From Candidatus Fimihabitans intestinipullorum (GTDB lineage: Bacteria; Bacillota_I; Bacilli_A; RF39; UBA660), in the NCBI GenBank assembly GCA_018714965.1, contig DVML01000025.1, positions 96,489 through 160,488 on the forward strand: a stretch of 64,000 nt of DNA, written 5' to 3'. The notes under the pieces were generated by a model. It was given only the letters and a program-made list of their open reading frames with translations, ran no database searches and was not told the origin of the DNA. Positions 9,009 through 18,234 of the stretch are shown here, piece by piece; the first letter of the stretch is position 1; every line of letters starts with the position of its first letter. A program made the position numbers and the translations under genes.

Positions 9009-10784
9009 ATGAAACAAAAATTATCACTCGTGCCACAAAAACCAGGATGTTATCTCATGAAAAACAAAGATGGAGTGATCATCTATGTTGGTAAGGCAAA
9101 GAAGTTAAAAAATAGATTAAGTTCTTATTTTCGCGGAACTCATACTGGAAAGACAGCTCGTCTGGTAAGCGAGATTGCCGATTTTGAATATATGGTTGTC
9201 GGAAGTGAGACAGAAGCATTTATTTTAGAGTTAAATTTAATTAAAAAATACGATCCAAAATATAATATCTTATTGCGAGATGATAAAAGCTATCCGTATA
9301 TCGAACTTACGGAGGAAGCGGTACCTAGACTCTTGGTCGTACGTAATATCAATCGTAAGAAAAATCGTCATACGAAATTATATGGACCATATCCAAACGT
9401 GAGTGCGGCTCGCTCTGTTGTCAATTTATTGAATCGAATGTATCCTTTGAGAAAGTGTCGAACATTTCAGAAAAAGCCATGTCTTTACTATCATATAGGG
9501 CAATGTTTAGGATATTGTACGTATCAAGTGTCCAAAGATAAAATTGACGAAATGGTCAGAGATATCCAAAGATTCTTAAAGGGAGATCATACGTTAATTA
9601 CGGAGAAGATCAAGTCGGAAATGCTTGCGGAAAGTATGAAAATGAATTACGAGAAAGCTCAGGAATTAAAAGAACTTCTCTCTTATATTGAAACGACACT
9701 TTCAAAACAGAAAGTGGAAATTCAAGACGATGTCGATCGAGATATTTTTGGATATTACGAAGAAAAAGGATATTTATCTATTCAATGTTTCTTTGTAAGA
9801 GGAGGAAAGATTTTAGAAAGACATAGTCATATCTTTCCAATTGTCGATGAAGTAGGAGAGGAACTTACACGGTACATTGCTAAATTCTACGAGAAAAACG
9901 TATTATTACCTAAAGAAATTTTAGTGCCAGATCAAGTCGATACGGAACTATTGGAGTCTGTGTTAGGAGTTACGGTTCACGTTCCGATCCGTGGAGTAAA
10001 GAAAAACATGGTTTTAATGGCGTGCGATAATGCGAAGATTGCGATGAATGAAAAATTTGAATTAATCCAAAAGGATGAGGAAAGAACGACACTTGCTAAC
10101 CAAGAACTTCAAAATATCTTACACCTCGATCATTTGGATCGCATCGAACTATTTGACAATTCTAATTTGTTTGGATCTTACAACGTTTCTGGGATGGTCG
10201 TGTTTGTAGATGGAAAACCAAGTAAAAACGATTATCGGAAATTTAAAATTACCGTCGATCAAAACGATGATTATGGAACGATGCGCGAAGTAATTTATCG
10301 TAGGTATTTCCGTGTTTTAAAAGATGGGCTGACACGTCCAGATTTGATCATTGTCGATGGAGGAATCGGTCAGATGCATGTCGCTAGGGAAGTACTTGCT
10401 AGTTTAGGAATGAATATTCCTGTCGTAGGGCTTAAAAAGGATGATCACCATGCTACAAGTAAACTTCTGGCTTTCGACCCGATCGTGGAAATCGATATCA
10501 ATAAGCGAAGTAATCTCTTTTACTATTTAGAGCGAATGCAGGACGAAGTACATAATTATACAATTCATTATCACAAACAAATTCGTAGTAAAGGGGCATT
10601 AGAAAGCGTATTGGATCACGTAGAAGGAATCGGGGAAAAGAGAAAGAAAGAACTTCTAAAAAGATATCGAACGACGACGAAGTTGAAATCGCTCAGTGTC
10701 GATGAATTAAAAGAAATTTTACCAGAGAAAGTCGCTTTCAATCTATATGAATTTTTACAGGCGATGGACGAAGAAAAGAAATAG
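9009..10784 (+). CDS. uvrC: excinuclease ABC subunit C
   Basis: GIY-YIG N-terminus LVPQKPGCYLMKNKDGVIIYVGKAKKLKNRLSSYF and a C-terminal HhH region. The start could be 9000 or 9009. Confidence 0.95.
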   Translation: MKQKLSLVPQKPGCYLMKNKDGVIIYVGKAKKLKNRLSSYFRGTHTGKTARLVSEIADFEYMVVGSETEAFILELNLIKKYDPKYNILLRDDKSYPYIELTEEAVPRLLVVRNINRKKNRHTKLYGPYPNVSAARSVVNLLNRMYPLRKCRTFQKKPCLYYHIGQCLGYCTYQVSKDKIDEMVRDIQRFLKGDHTLITEKIKSEMLAESMKMNYEKAQELKELLSYIETTLSKQKVEIQDDVDRDIFGYYEEKGYLSIQCFFVRGGKILERHSHIFPIVDEVGEELTRYIAKFYEKNVLLPKEILVPDQVDTELLESVLGVTVHVPIRGVKKNMVLMACDNAKIAMNEKFELIQKDEERTTLANQELQNILHLDHLDRIELFDNSNLFGSYNVSGMVVFVDGKPSKNDYRKFKITVDQNDDYGTMREVIYRRYFRVLKDGLTRPDLIIVDGGIGQMHVAREVLASLGMNIPVVGLKKDDHHATSKLLAFDPIVEIDINKRSNLFYYLERMQDEVHNYTIHYHKQIRSKGALESVLDHVEGIGEKRKKELLKRYRTTTKLKSLSVDELKEILPEKVAFNLYEFLQAMDEEKK

Positions 10785-10859
10785 ATATTACCAAGGAATT
10801 TTTCTTGGTTTTTCTTTGGAATCAATGAATTTGTGGTACAATGGTAGTAGGTGAGAACA

Positions 10860-12656
10860 ATGTCGAAAATTAAAATTATGGATGAAATACTTGCAAATAA
10901 AATCGCAGCAGGTGAGGTTGTTGAACGAAGTGCATCTGTCGTCAAAGAGCTCGTTGAAAATAGTATCGATGCTGGGAGTACGGAGATCAAAGTAGAAGTG
11001 ATCGATGCTGGAACGAAAGAAGTCAAAGTAACAGATAATGGTGTTGGAATGGAAAAAGAAGATGCGATGCTTGCTTTTTCCCGGCATGCGACGAGTAAAC
11101 TTTTACGTGAGGAAGATTTATATCACATTGCAACATTAGGGTTCCGTGGAGAAGCGCTTCCATCGATTGCCAGTGTGAGCGAAATCACCTTAAAGACTTC
11201 AACAGGAGAAATTGGTACTGTCGTTGAATTAAGTGGAGGACATGTTACTTCTGTTACACGTGGAGATGCCCGCAAAGGAACGATTTTATCGGTTCGTAAC
11301 TTATTTTATAATACCCCTGCAAGATTAAAGCACATTAAAAGCTTACAAGCAGAACTTGCCGTTATGACAGATTATATGAATAAAATTGCGCTATCTCATC
11401 CGAAGGTCAAATTTACATTTTCCAATAATGGGCATATTATTTTAAAGACAGATGGATCAGGAGATATTTTAAAGACAATTCACAATATATATGGATTAGA
11501 AATCACAAAGAAAATGCTCTTTGTAGAAGGGGAAAATGATGATTACACAGTAGAAGGATATATTTCACTTCCAGAAGTACATCGTTCAACTAGAAATCAT
11601 ATGGTAACGCTCGTCAATGGGAGAGTCGTAAGAAACATGGAACTCAACCGTGTCATCAACGACGCTTATCATTCGTATAAACCAGATAATCGTTATCCAA
11701 TTGTCGTTTTGAATATCGAAGTAGATCCAAGCTTGATCGATGTAAATATTCACCCGACGAAGCAGGATATCAAATTTAGTAAACTCGATCAATTATCAAG
11801 TTTAATTACAGAAATGATCCGTACAAAGTTATCGAAGAGAACATTGATTCCTCATATTAAAGTAGAAGAAGAGGAAAAAGTAGTAAAAGAAAAGCCAAAA
11901 TACGAAACATTGACGCTTGATTTTGATATGCCAGTAAGTGAATCAGAAACGACGTATCAAGTGAACGATGACTTCATTTCCGCTCCAAAAGAAGAAGAGG
12001 AAAAGGAAGAAGAAAACGATGCAATTTTTACAGAAGATGTAGAAGAAAAGAAAGAACGTCTACCTATGATTTATCCAGTGGGTGTCGTACATGGAACTTA
12101 CGTTATCTGTCAAAATGAACTTGGTATGTACATGATGGACCAACACGCAGCCAAGGAACGCGTCAATTACGAAAAATTTAAACGTGAGATGGGAGAACCG
12201 AATCAGACTGCGATTGCGATGTTAATTCCTCTTACGATCGAACTATCGAATCAAGAATTTATGTTATTAAAACAACACATGGAAGTGTTGGAACGTTTAA
12301 AATTTAAAATCGAAGAATTTGGTGTAAATTCTATTATCGTAAAAGAACATCCGACTTGGTTACCGAATGGGTATGAAGAACAGGCAATTCGAAAAATTAT
12401 CGAAATCGTATTGCAGATCGGCGATAAATTTTCAATCGAGAAATTTAACGAACGCGTTGCGACGATGATGAGTTGTAAACTTGCAATTAAGGCAAACGAC
12501 TATGTATCGACGGAAGAATTAGAACAGTTGATTGCAGATTTACGCAATTGTGATAATCCTTTCCATTGTCCACATGGTCGTCCGACGATTATTTTTTACT
12601 CTAATTACGACTTAGAAAAATTATTTAAAAGAAGTGGGTTTGATCAATTAGTTTAA
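10860..12656 (+). CDS. mutL: DNA mismatch repair protein MutL
   Basis: N-terminus ANKIAAGEVVERSASVVKELVENSIDAG (GHKL ATPase) and C-terminal endonuclease region CPHGRP. Confidence 0.95.
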   Translation: MSKIKIMDEILANKIAAGEVVERSASVVKELVENSIDAGSTEIKVEVIDAGTKEVKVTDNGVGMEKEDAMLAFSRHATSKLLREEDLYHIATLGFRGEALPSIASVSEITLKTSTGEIGTVVELSGGHVTSVTRGDARKGTILSVRNLFYNTPARLKHIKSLQAELAVMTDYMNKIALSHPKVKFTFSNNGHIILKTDGSGDILKTIHNIYGLEITKKMLFVEGENDDYTVEGYISLPEVHRSTRNHMVTLVNGRVVRNMELNRVINDAYHSYKPDNRYPIVVLNIEVDPSLIDVNIHPTKQDIKFSKLDQLSSLITEMIRTKLSKRTLIPHIKVEEEEKVVKEKPKYETLTLDFDMPVSESETTYQVNDDFISAPKEEEEKEEENDAIFTEDVEEKKERLPMIYPVGVVHGTYVICQNELGMYMMDQHAAKERVNYEKFKREMGEPNQTAIAMLIPLTIELSNQEFMLLKQHMEVLERLKFKIEEFGVNSIIVKEHPTWLPNGYEEQAIRKIIEIVLQIGDKFSIEKFNERVATMMSCKLAIKANDYVSTEELEQLIADLRNCDNPFHCPHGRPTIIFYSNYDLEKLFKRSGFDQLV

Positions 12657-12712
12657 CTATTGTCTTTCTATTTGTCAGGTGTTATAATGATAAAGCTTGA
12701 AGGAGGTGCACC

Positions 12713-12928
12713 ATGAAGATAAAATTATTTGAAGCTGTTACAAACCGCATTCCGATGCTTTCTCATTTAACGACGATTCGAACTCCATTATCTATTGATG
12801 AGAAGATCAATATGAAACATGGGGGAAATGGATATCGTTCCATTTATGAACAGAGAAAAGAAGCTTCTAAGGCACGAAATGCATATGTAAAAACATATAT
12901 GACTCCAAATGGTAGAAGAGGAAGATAA
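12713..12928 (+). CDS. small hypothetical protein (71 aa)
   Basis: Strong RBS GAAGGAGGTG 6 nt before the ATG, with a terminator immediately downstream. No family recognised. Confidence 0.5.
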   Translation: MKIKLFEAVTNRIPMLSHLTTIRTPLSIDEKINMKHGGNGYRSIYEQRKEASKARNAYVKTYMTPNGRRGR

Positions 12929-12952
12929 AAAGCATCCTGAAGATGCTTTTTT
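12929..12952. terminator. bidirectional intrinsic terminator
   Basis: Stem AGCATC 12931-12936 / GATGCT 12942-12947, flanked by an A-run and a T-run. Confidence 0.75.
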
Positions 12953-13121
12953 ATTGTAATCTTTTCGTTAGTTCTAAATAGTGTTTGATATGTAAATGTG
13001 CCATTTGATGTAACAATAGTTTCATTTCTGGATCTTTGATTTTCGCTTCATAATCATAACATTTTTGAGCACATTCAAAATTCCAGTCTAACATATTTCC
13101 AATCTCTTTGATAGGATCCAT
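12951..13121 (-). CDS. small hypothetical protein (56 aa), absent from the ORF track
   Basis: My translation is MDPIKEIGNMLDWNFECAQKCYDYEAKIKDPEMKLLLHQMAHLHIKHYLELTKRLQ. The ATG at 13121 is preceded by AAAGGGGGG. The ORF ends at the shared terminator. Confidence 0.45.
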   Translation of the reverse strand: MDPIKEIGNMLDWNFECAQKCYDYEAKIKDPEMKLLLHQMAHLHIKHYLELTKRLQ

Positions 13122-13232
13122 TTGATTCCCCCTTTATTTTGTTATGAGAAAATGAATTTATTTTTATACAATAAAATCTACAAAAGATAAATGACATATG
13201 ATATAATATGGATATCGTGAGGAGGATGTTCT

Positions 13233-14918
13233 ATGAAATTAAAACATAGTTTTTTCTATACATTAAGAGAAGATGCAAAAGATGAGGAATCTAGAAGTGG
13301 TAATTTGTTGATTCGTGCTGGAATGATTAAAAAGACGAGCAATGGTATTTATATGACGATGCCAATGGGAAAGCAAGTCGTTAGTAAAATTGAAGCGATT
13401 GTACGAGAGGAAATGAATCGTACAGGAGCACAAGAATTACATATGCCTGCTTTGATTTTATCTGAAATCTATGAGAATTCTGGTAGAAGAGAAGCCTTTG
13501 GTGCAAATATGTTTGCTTTGAAGGATCGTTATCAAAAAAATTACGTATTAGGACCAACTCATGAAGAATTGTTTGCGATGGCAGGAATGATGCATGGTGC
13601 TTCCTATAAGGATTTCCCATATAATCTTTATCAGATTCAAACGAAATTTCGCGATGAGACTAGACCTCGCTTTGGTTTGATTCGTACGCGTGAATTTACG
13701 ATGAAAGATGCTTATTCTTATGATGTTGATTATGAAGGATTGGATGTTTCTTATCAGAAGATGTTCCAGGCATACCAAAAAGCATTTGATCGTATGGGAA
13801 TTACTTATAAAATCGTCAAAGCTGATACGGGAGCAATGGGTGGATTATTGAGTGAAGAATTTCAAGCGATTACACCGATAGGAGAAGATACTGTCGTATA
13901 TTGTAAACACTGTGATTTTGCAAGTAATTTAGAAATTACGCCAGTTGTATTAAAAGATGGTGAAGCGGCTGAAGAAAAGGAAATGAACACTGTAGCGACA
14001 CCGAATGCCAAAACAATAGAGGAAGTTGCAAACTATTTTGGAGCATCACCAGATCGTTTTGTAAAAACGCTGATTTATAAAGTTGATGGAAAACTTATGG
14101 CTTTCTTATTGCGAGGGGATCGCGAATTAAATGAGACAAAGGCAATGAAATTATGTCATGCGCAAGAAATTGAACTTGCATCTTTTGATGAGGTGAGAGA
14201 GGTAACAAAAGCAGAAGTCGGATTTGCAGGACCAGTAGGATTAACGATACCAATTATTATGGATCAAGAAGTTGCTCAAATGAAGAATTTTATTTGTGGT
14301 GCTAATAAAACAGATCATCATATCGAAAATGTAAATGTGAAAGATTTTAAAGCAACAATGACGGGAGATATTGCAGAAGTACATGTTGGAGATGTTTGTC
14401 CAGAGTGTGGAAAACCACTCTCATTTGAAAAAGCTATCGAAGTTGGAAATACGTTTAAATTAGGAACAAAATATGCTGAAAAGATGGGATTAAAATTTTT
14501 GGATAGAGAAAATAATCTACAACCTGTTGTAATGGGATCATACGGAATTGGACTTGAACGTTGTATGGCTGCAATCGTAGAACAAAATAATGATGAAGAT
14601 GGTATTATATGGCCAGTTTCTGTTGCACCATATCAGGTTGGTATTGTGTTAATTAACGAGAAAGATGACGTACAAGCTACAAAAGCAGAAGAGCTATATC
14701 AGATGTTGACTGATTTAGGATATGACGTTTTATTAGATGATCGTGATGAAAGACCAGGGGTCAAGTTTAAAGATATGGATTTAATTGGACTTCCAATTCG
14801 AATTACCATTGGAAAGAAGATTCATGACAATATGGTTGAATGGAAAAATAGAAAAACGAAAGAGTCTTTTGATTTATCATTTGACAAGGTAGAAAAAAAG
14901 ATCAAAGAATTGATCTAA
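13233..14918 (+). CDS. proS: prolyl-tRNA synthetase (bacterial type with editing insertion)
   Basis: 561 aa. Contains class II motifs (FRDETRPRFGLIRTREFTMKDAYS), an INS domain and a C-terminal anticodon-binding domain. Confidence 0.95.
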   Translation: MKLKHSFFYTLREDAKDEESRSGNLLIRAGMIKKTSNGIYMTMPMGKQVVSKIEAIVREEMNRTGAQELHMPALILSEIYENSGRREAFGANMFALKDRYQKNYVLGPTHEELFAMAGMMHGASYKDFPYNLYQIQTKFRDETRPRFGLIRTREFTMKDAYSYDVDYEGLDVSYQKMFQAYQKAFDRMGITYKIVKADTGAMGGLLSEEFQAITPIGEDTVVYCKHCDFASNLEITPVVLKDGEAAEEKEMNTVATPNAKTIEEVANYFGASPDRFVKTLIYKVDGKLMAFLLRGDRELNETKAMKLCHAQEIELASFDEVREVTKAEVGFAGPVGLTIPIIMDQEVAQMKNFICGANKTDHHIENVNVKDFKATMTGDIAEVHVGDVCPECGKPLSFEKAIEVGNTFKLGTKYAEKMGLKFLDRENNLQPVVMGSYGIGLERCMAAIVEQNNDEDGIIWPVSVAPYQVGIVLINEKDDVQATKAEELYQMLTDLGYDVLLDDRDERPGVKFKDMDLIGLPIRITIGKKIHDNMVEWKNRKTKESFDLSFDKVEKKIKELI

Positions 14919-14977
14919 GAAAGAAATTTCGACAAAAAAAGAACCGAGTAGATGGAATAATTGAGATAGGTGATAAA

Positions 14978-15439
14978 ATGAAAAAATATATTACTCCTAT
15001 CTTGTGTTCTATTTGTCTTGGTTTTTTCATGGGATTTTTCCTATGTAATCAATATGAAGGTAAGGTTGATTTAAAAACAGTATTTTCCGAGAGTGAACCA
15101 CTTTATTTTTTACAGAGTGGTGTCTATTCGAGTTTGGAAAGTATGCAGGAAAATGTTGCTAACTTAAGTAATTATATTTATACCGAGGAAGAGGGAAAGT
15201 ACTATGTTTATATTGGAATTACATCTTCTGAAGCAAACGTCGATAAATTAAAAGGAATTTATCAACAGATGGGGTATTCTATTTATAGCAAGCAACTAGA
15301 TGTGAGTAATGCTAACTTTATTACGTTCGTGAAAGAATGTGATCAAATGTTAACAGCAACGACAGAGCAGAATGCAATTTTAAAGATCGAACAAGAGGTG
15401 CTTGCAAGTTATGAAAAGATGGTGATTCAAAAACATTAA
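14978..15439 (+). CDS. membrane-anchored SPOR-like domain protein (tentative)
   Basis: N-terminal TM helix followed by YFLQSGVYSSLESMQENVANL...YYVYIGITSSEANVDKLKGIYQQMGY, which resembles a SPOR fold. Confidence 0.45.
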   Translation: MKKYITPILCSICLGFFMGFFLCNQYEGKVDLKTVFSESEPLYFLQSGVYSSLESMQENVANLSNYIYTEEEGKYYVYIGITSSEANVDKLKGIYQQMGYSIYSKQLDVSNANFITFVKECDQMLTATTEQNAILKIEQEVLASYEKMVIQKH

Positions 15440-16124
15440 AGTAACAAGATTACCTGAAGCAGAACGTCCGAGAGAACGATTGATTCGAGAAGGGGTAAAC
15501 TATTTAAATAACGAGGAATTACTTGCGATTCTTCTTCGAACAGGAACGAGAAAGTATCCTGTAAAACAACTCGCACAACTGGTTTTAAAAGAAGTGGGAT
15601 CGACAGAACATTGGAAGAATATTCCCTACGAACAATTACGAAAAATCGAAGGGATCGGACCTGCACATGCATGTAGTATTCTAGCTGCGATTGAATTTGG
15701 AAGGAGAATTTATGCTCCGGTATCAACATTACAGCAATTAAAAATTACAGGGACACAAACAGTTTATGAATATTATAAATATCGCTTAGGAGATGTGAAA
15801 CAGGAATATTTTTACTGTGTCTATCTAGATCAGCAAAAGAAAGTGATTCGAGATAAGCAATTGTTCGTTGGAACAGTCAATCGAAGTTTGGTCCATCCAC
15901 GCGAAATATTTAAAGAGGCTTACTTACTTTCTGCTTCCTTTTTAATTTGTATTCATAATCATCCGAGTGGAAATGTCGAACCATCAGAGGAAGATATTCG
16001 GTTGACGGAGCGATTGTTCGAAATAGGAATGATCCTTGGAATTGTGGTGCTAGATCATATGATAATTGGAAAATATGGTTATTATAGTTTTTATGAAAAT
16101 GGAAGAATTTCCCTTTCCAAGTAA
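15435..16124 (+). CDS. radC: RadC-family JAMM protein; the conserved N-terminus implies a non-canonical ATT start (track start is TTG 15480)
   Basis: ELLAILLRTGT and the JAMM motif HNHPSGNVEPSEEDI are present. The conserved LPEAERPRERL motif is encoded at 15450-15479, upstream of the first canonical start. Confidence 0.85.
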   Translation: MKVTRLPEAERPRERLIREGVNYLNNEELLAILLRTGTRKYPVKQLAQLVLKEVGSTEHWKNIPYEQLRKIEGIGPAHACSILAAIEFGRRIYAPVSTLQQLKITGTQTVYEYYKYRLGDVKQEYFYCVYLDQQKKVIRDKQLFVGTVNRSLVHPREIFKEAYLLSASFLICIHNHPSGNVEPSEEDIRLTERLFEIGMILGIVVLDHMIIGKYGYYSFYENGRISLSK

Positions 16125-16157
16125 AGGGAAATATATTATAATGAAATAGGTGATGTT

Positions 16158-17012
16158 ATGTACAATCAAAAAAAGATGGATAAAAAATATTTTATTTTAA
16201 TTGGTGCGATTGTTGCTGCTGTGCTTCTTGGTTTGATTGCACATATCGTAACGACGGATCGTACATTAACACCGATTGAAAAAGCGGTAAAGGATACGGT
16301 TTTACTCGTTCAAAAAGTAGCTTATCAACCGATCAAGTTCGTCAAGGATAAAGTTGTAGAATATCAGGAAAAACAAGATTTATATGAAAAATATAAAACA
16401 CTACAGAAGAAAGTAAAAGAAACGGATCTCATTCAAGCAGAGAAGGAAGAGTTAGAACATCAATTAAAGAGCATGAAAGAAACTTTAGAATTAAACAATA
16501 CTTTAGTAGAGACAGAGTATTTAAATGCGACTGTTGTAAATCGTAATTTAGGGTATTGGTACAATACGATTACGATCGATAAAGGAAGTCACAATGGGGT
16601 TGAAAAGGATATGCCAGTTATCGTAAGTGATGGTGTAATTGGAAAGGTAACGAAAGTATCTAATTTCAACAGTACAGTGAAACTTTTGACGAGTGAGGAC
16701 GTCAATAATAAAATATCAGTCAAAATTGCAGTTGGAGACAAGTATGTCTACGGACTTCTTTCTGGATATAAGAGAAAGGGAAACACATTTACCGTAGAAG
16801 GGATCGCTGATAATATTGAAATTCCTGCTGGATCTGTTGTCACGACAACGGGAATGGGAGACAATTTTCCAAGTGGAATTATGGTTGGAAAAGTAAAAAG
16901 AGTAAAGACGGATAATTTTGATTTAGCTAAAACTGTCGAGGTGACATCGAGTGTCGATTTTGACGATTTGAATTATGTGACAATTTTAAAACGAAAGGAA
17001 GCGAGTCAATAA
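16158..17012 (+). CDS. mreC: rod shape-determining protein MreC
   Basis: N-terminal TM helix, a coiled coil, and the MreC beta domain (GKVTKVSNFNSTVKLLTS, GMGDNFPSGIMVGKV). Confidence 0.9.
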   Translation: MYNQKKMDKKYFILIGAIVAAVLLGLIAHIVTTDRTLTPIEKAVKDTVLLVQKVAYQPIKFVKDKVVEYQEKQDLYEKYKTLQKKVKETDLIQAEKEELEHQLKSMKETLELNNTLVETEYLNATVVNRNLGYWYNTITIDKGSHNGVEKDMPVIVSDGVIGKVTKVSNFNSTVKLLTSEDVNNKISVKIAVGDKYVYGLLSGYKRKGNTFTVEGIADNIEIPAGSVVTTTGMGDNFPSGIMVGKVKRVKTDNFDLAKTVEVTSSVDFDDLNYVTILKRKEASQ

Positions 17013-17509
17013 TGCTTGTCGCCATTACTTTGATCGTTTCTTTTTGTCTGGATGGGATTGTAAGTAACTTTATTCCAATTCATAGTCAATTATTGATTCC
17101 GCTTTTAACTCTTATGTCACTACTAATTATCTATCCTTATTTTAATCATCATGAAGATGATTATTTAAAGGTTGCAGGTGTGCTAGGTCTTTGCTATGAT
17201 ATCGTATTTACCGATACGGTATTCTTGCATTGTGTTTTATTTTTACTCGTCGCACTTTTTATTCGTTTGTTAAACGAATGGTTTTCTAACAACATCGTCA
17301 GCATTGGTTTTATGGTGGTTCTCGTCATCGCATTTGATCGCATTTTAGAATATTCCATTTTATCACTCGTTGGTTTCTTTGCATTCGATGGAATGTATCT
17401 ATTACAGGGAATTTATTCTTCCATTTTACTCAATGTGATCTATGCGATTCTCTTATATGTTGTGACGGATAAAATTAGTAGAAAATTTCATATTCGAAAA
17501 ATCGATTAG
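17012..17509 (+). CDS. mreD: rod shape-determining protein MreD
   Basis: Polytopic 165-aa membrane protein whose start overlaps the mreC stop (ATGA-type coupling). Assignment rests on position. Confidence 0.75.
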   Translation: MLVAITLIVSFCLDGIVSNFIPIHSQLLIPLLTLMSLLIIYPYFNHHEDDYLKVAGVLGLCYDIVFTDTVFLHCVLFLLVALFIRLLNEWFSNNIVSIGFMVVLVIAFDRILEYSILSLVGFFAFDGMYLLQGIYSSILLNVIYAILLYVVTDKISRKFHIRKID

Positions 17510-17531
17510 AATGGAGATCCATTCTTTTTTT
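17509..17531 (+). terminator. intrinsic terminator after mreD
   Basis: Stem GAATGGA 17509-17515 / TCCATTC 17518-17524, followed by a T-run. Confidence 0.75.
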
Positions 17532-17580
17532 GTTGCATATCACTTGTCAGTAGTTCATATATTAAGATAGGTGAGATAAG

Positions 17581-18234
17581 ATGGACAAGGAAATTGAAAA
17601 GCTGAAAGCAGAAATGAAGAAGAAGAAACAGCGGACACCCGATGTGAATATGCGTGCTCACAAAAGAGAAGATTCTACAAAGTCCGCGATACTTCGCTAT
17701 GTTACAAATTATGCATTAAAGGTTTTATTGACGATCGCAATTACGCTGATTCTTTTTATCTCTTTAAAAAAGAATCGTGATTTTAAGACACAGTTTTATC
17801 ATCATGTATATGACACGAATTTTGATTTTGCAACTGTGAATCAGCTATATAAAAAATATGTCGGATCTGAACTTCCGTTTCAAGAGTTATTTATAAAAAA
17901 GGATAAAGAGGTATTCAATGAGAAGTTAACTTATGAAGAGTCACATATTTATAAAGACGGAGTAAAACTTACAGTTGCACCTTCCTATCTCGTTCCTGTA
18001 CAACAAAGCGGGATCGTCGTTTTTATAGGAGAGAAAGAAGGGTATGGAAACACGGTAATCATTCAGCAAGTGGATGGGGTAGACTTGTGGTATGGGAATG
18101 TCGATCATTTAAATATCAAATTATACGATTATGTCGAAAAGGGATCCTTACTCGGTGAAGCGAAAGATGAAACCTTATATCTCGTATATAAAAAGGAAGG
18201 AAAAGTGTTAGATTATAAAACTTATCTTTCATAA
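17581..18234 (+). CDS. SpoIVFA-like protein with degenerate M23/LytM domain
   Basis: TM helix plus a LytM-like C-terminus SGIVVFIGEKEGYGNTVIIQQVDGVDLWYGNVDHL in which the catalytic His residues are substituted. Lies immediately before the M50 protease, as in B. subtilis. Confidence 0.65.
   Translation: MDKEIEKLKAEMKKKKQRTPDVNMRAHKREDSTKSAILRYVTNYALKVLLTIAITLILFISLKKNRDFKTQFYHHVYDTNFDFATVNQLYKKYVGSELPFQELFIKKDKEVFNEKLTYEESHIYKDGVKLTVAPSYLVPVQQSGIVVFIGEKEGYGNTVIIQQVDGVDLWYGNVDHLNIKLYDYVEKGSLLGEAKDETLYLVYKKEGKVLDYKTYLS

Noticed and set aside
13122-13232. T-box riboswitch upstream of proS
   Set aside because: The leader is only about 110 nt including the promoter. No specifier hairpin or T-box sequence is visible, and the region is too short.
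15411-15425. Genetic code 4 (TGA = Trp) as an explanation for the in-frame TGA before the radC motif
   Set aside because: All long conserved genes in the window (mutL, uvrC, proS, glmS, obg and others) are free of in-frame TGA. TGA also terminates several genes at sensible positions (spoIVFB-like, rsmE, mtaB), which indicates the standard bacterial code.
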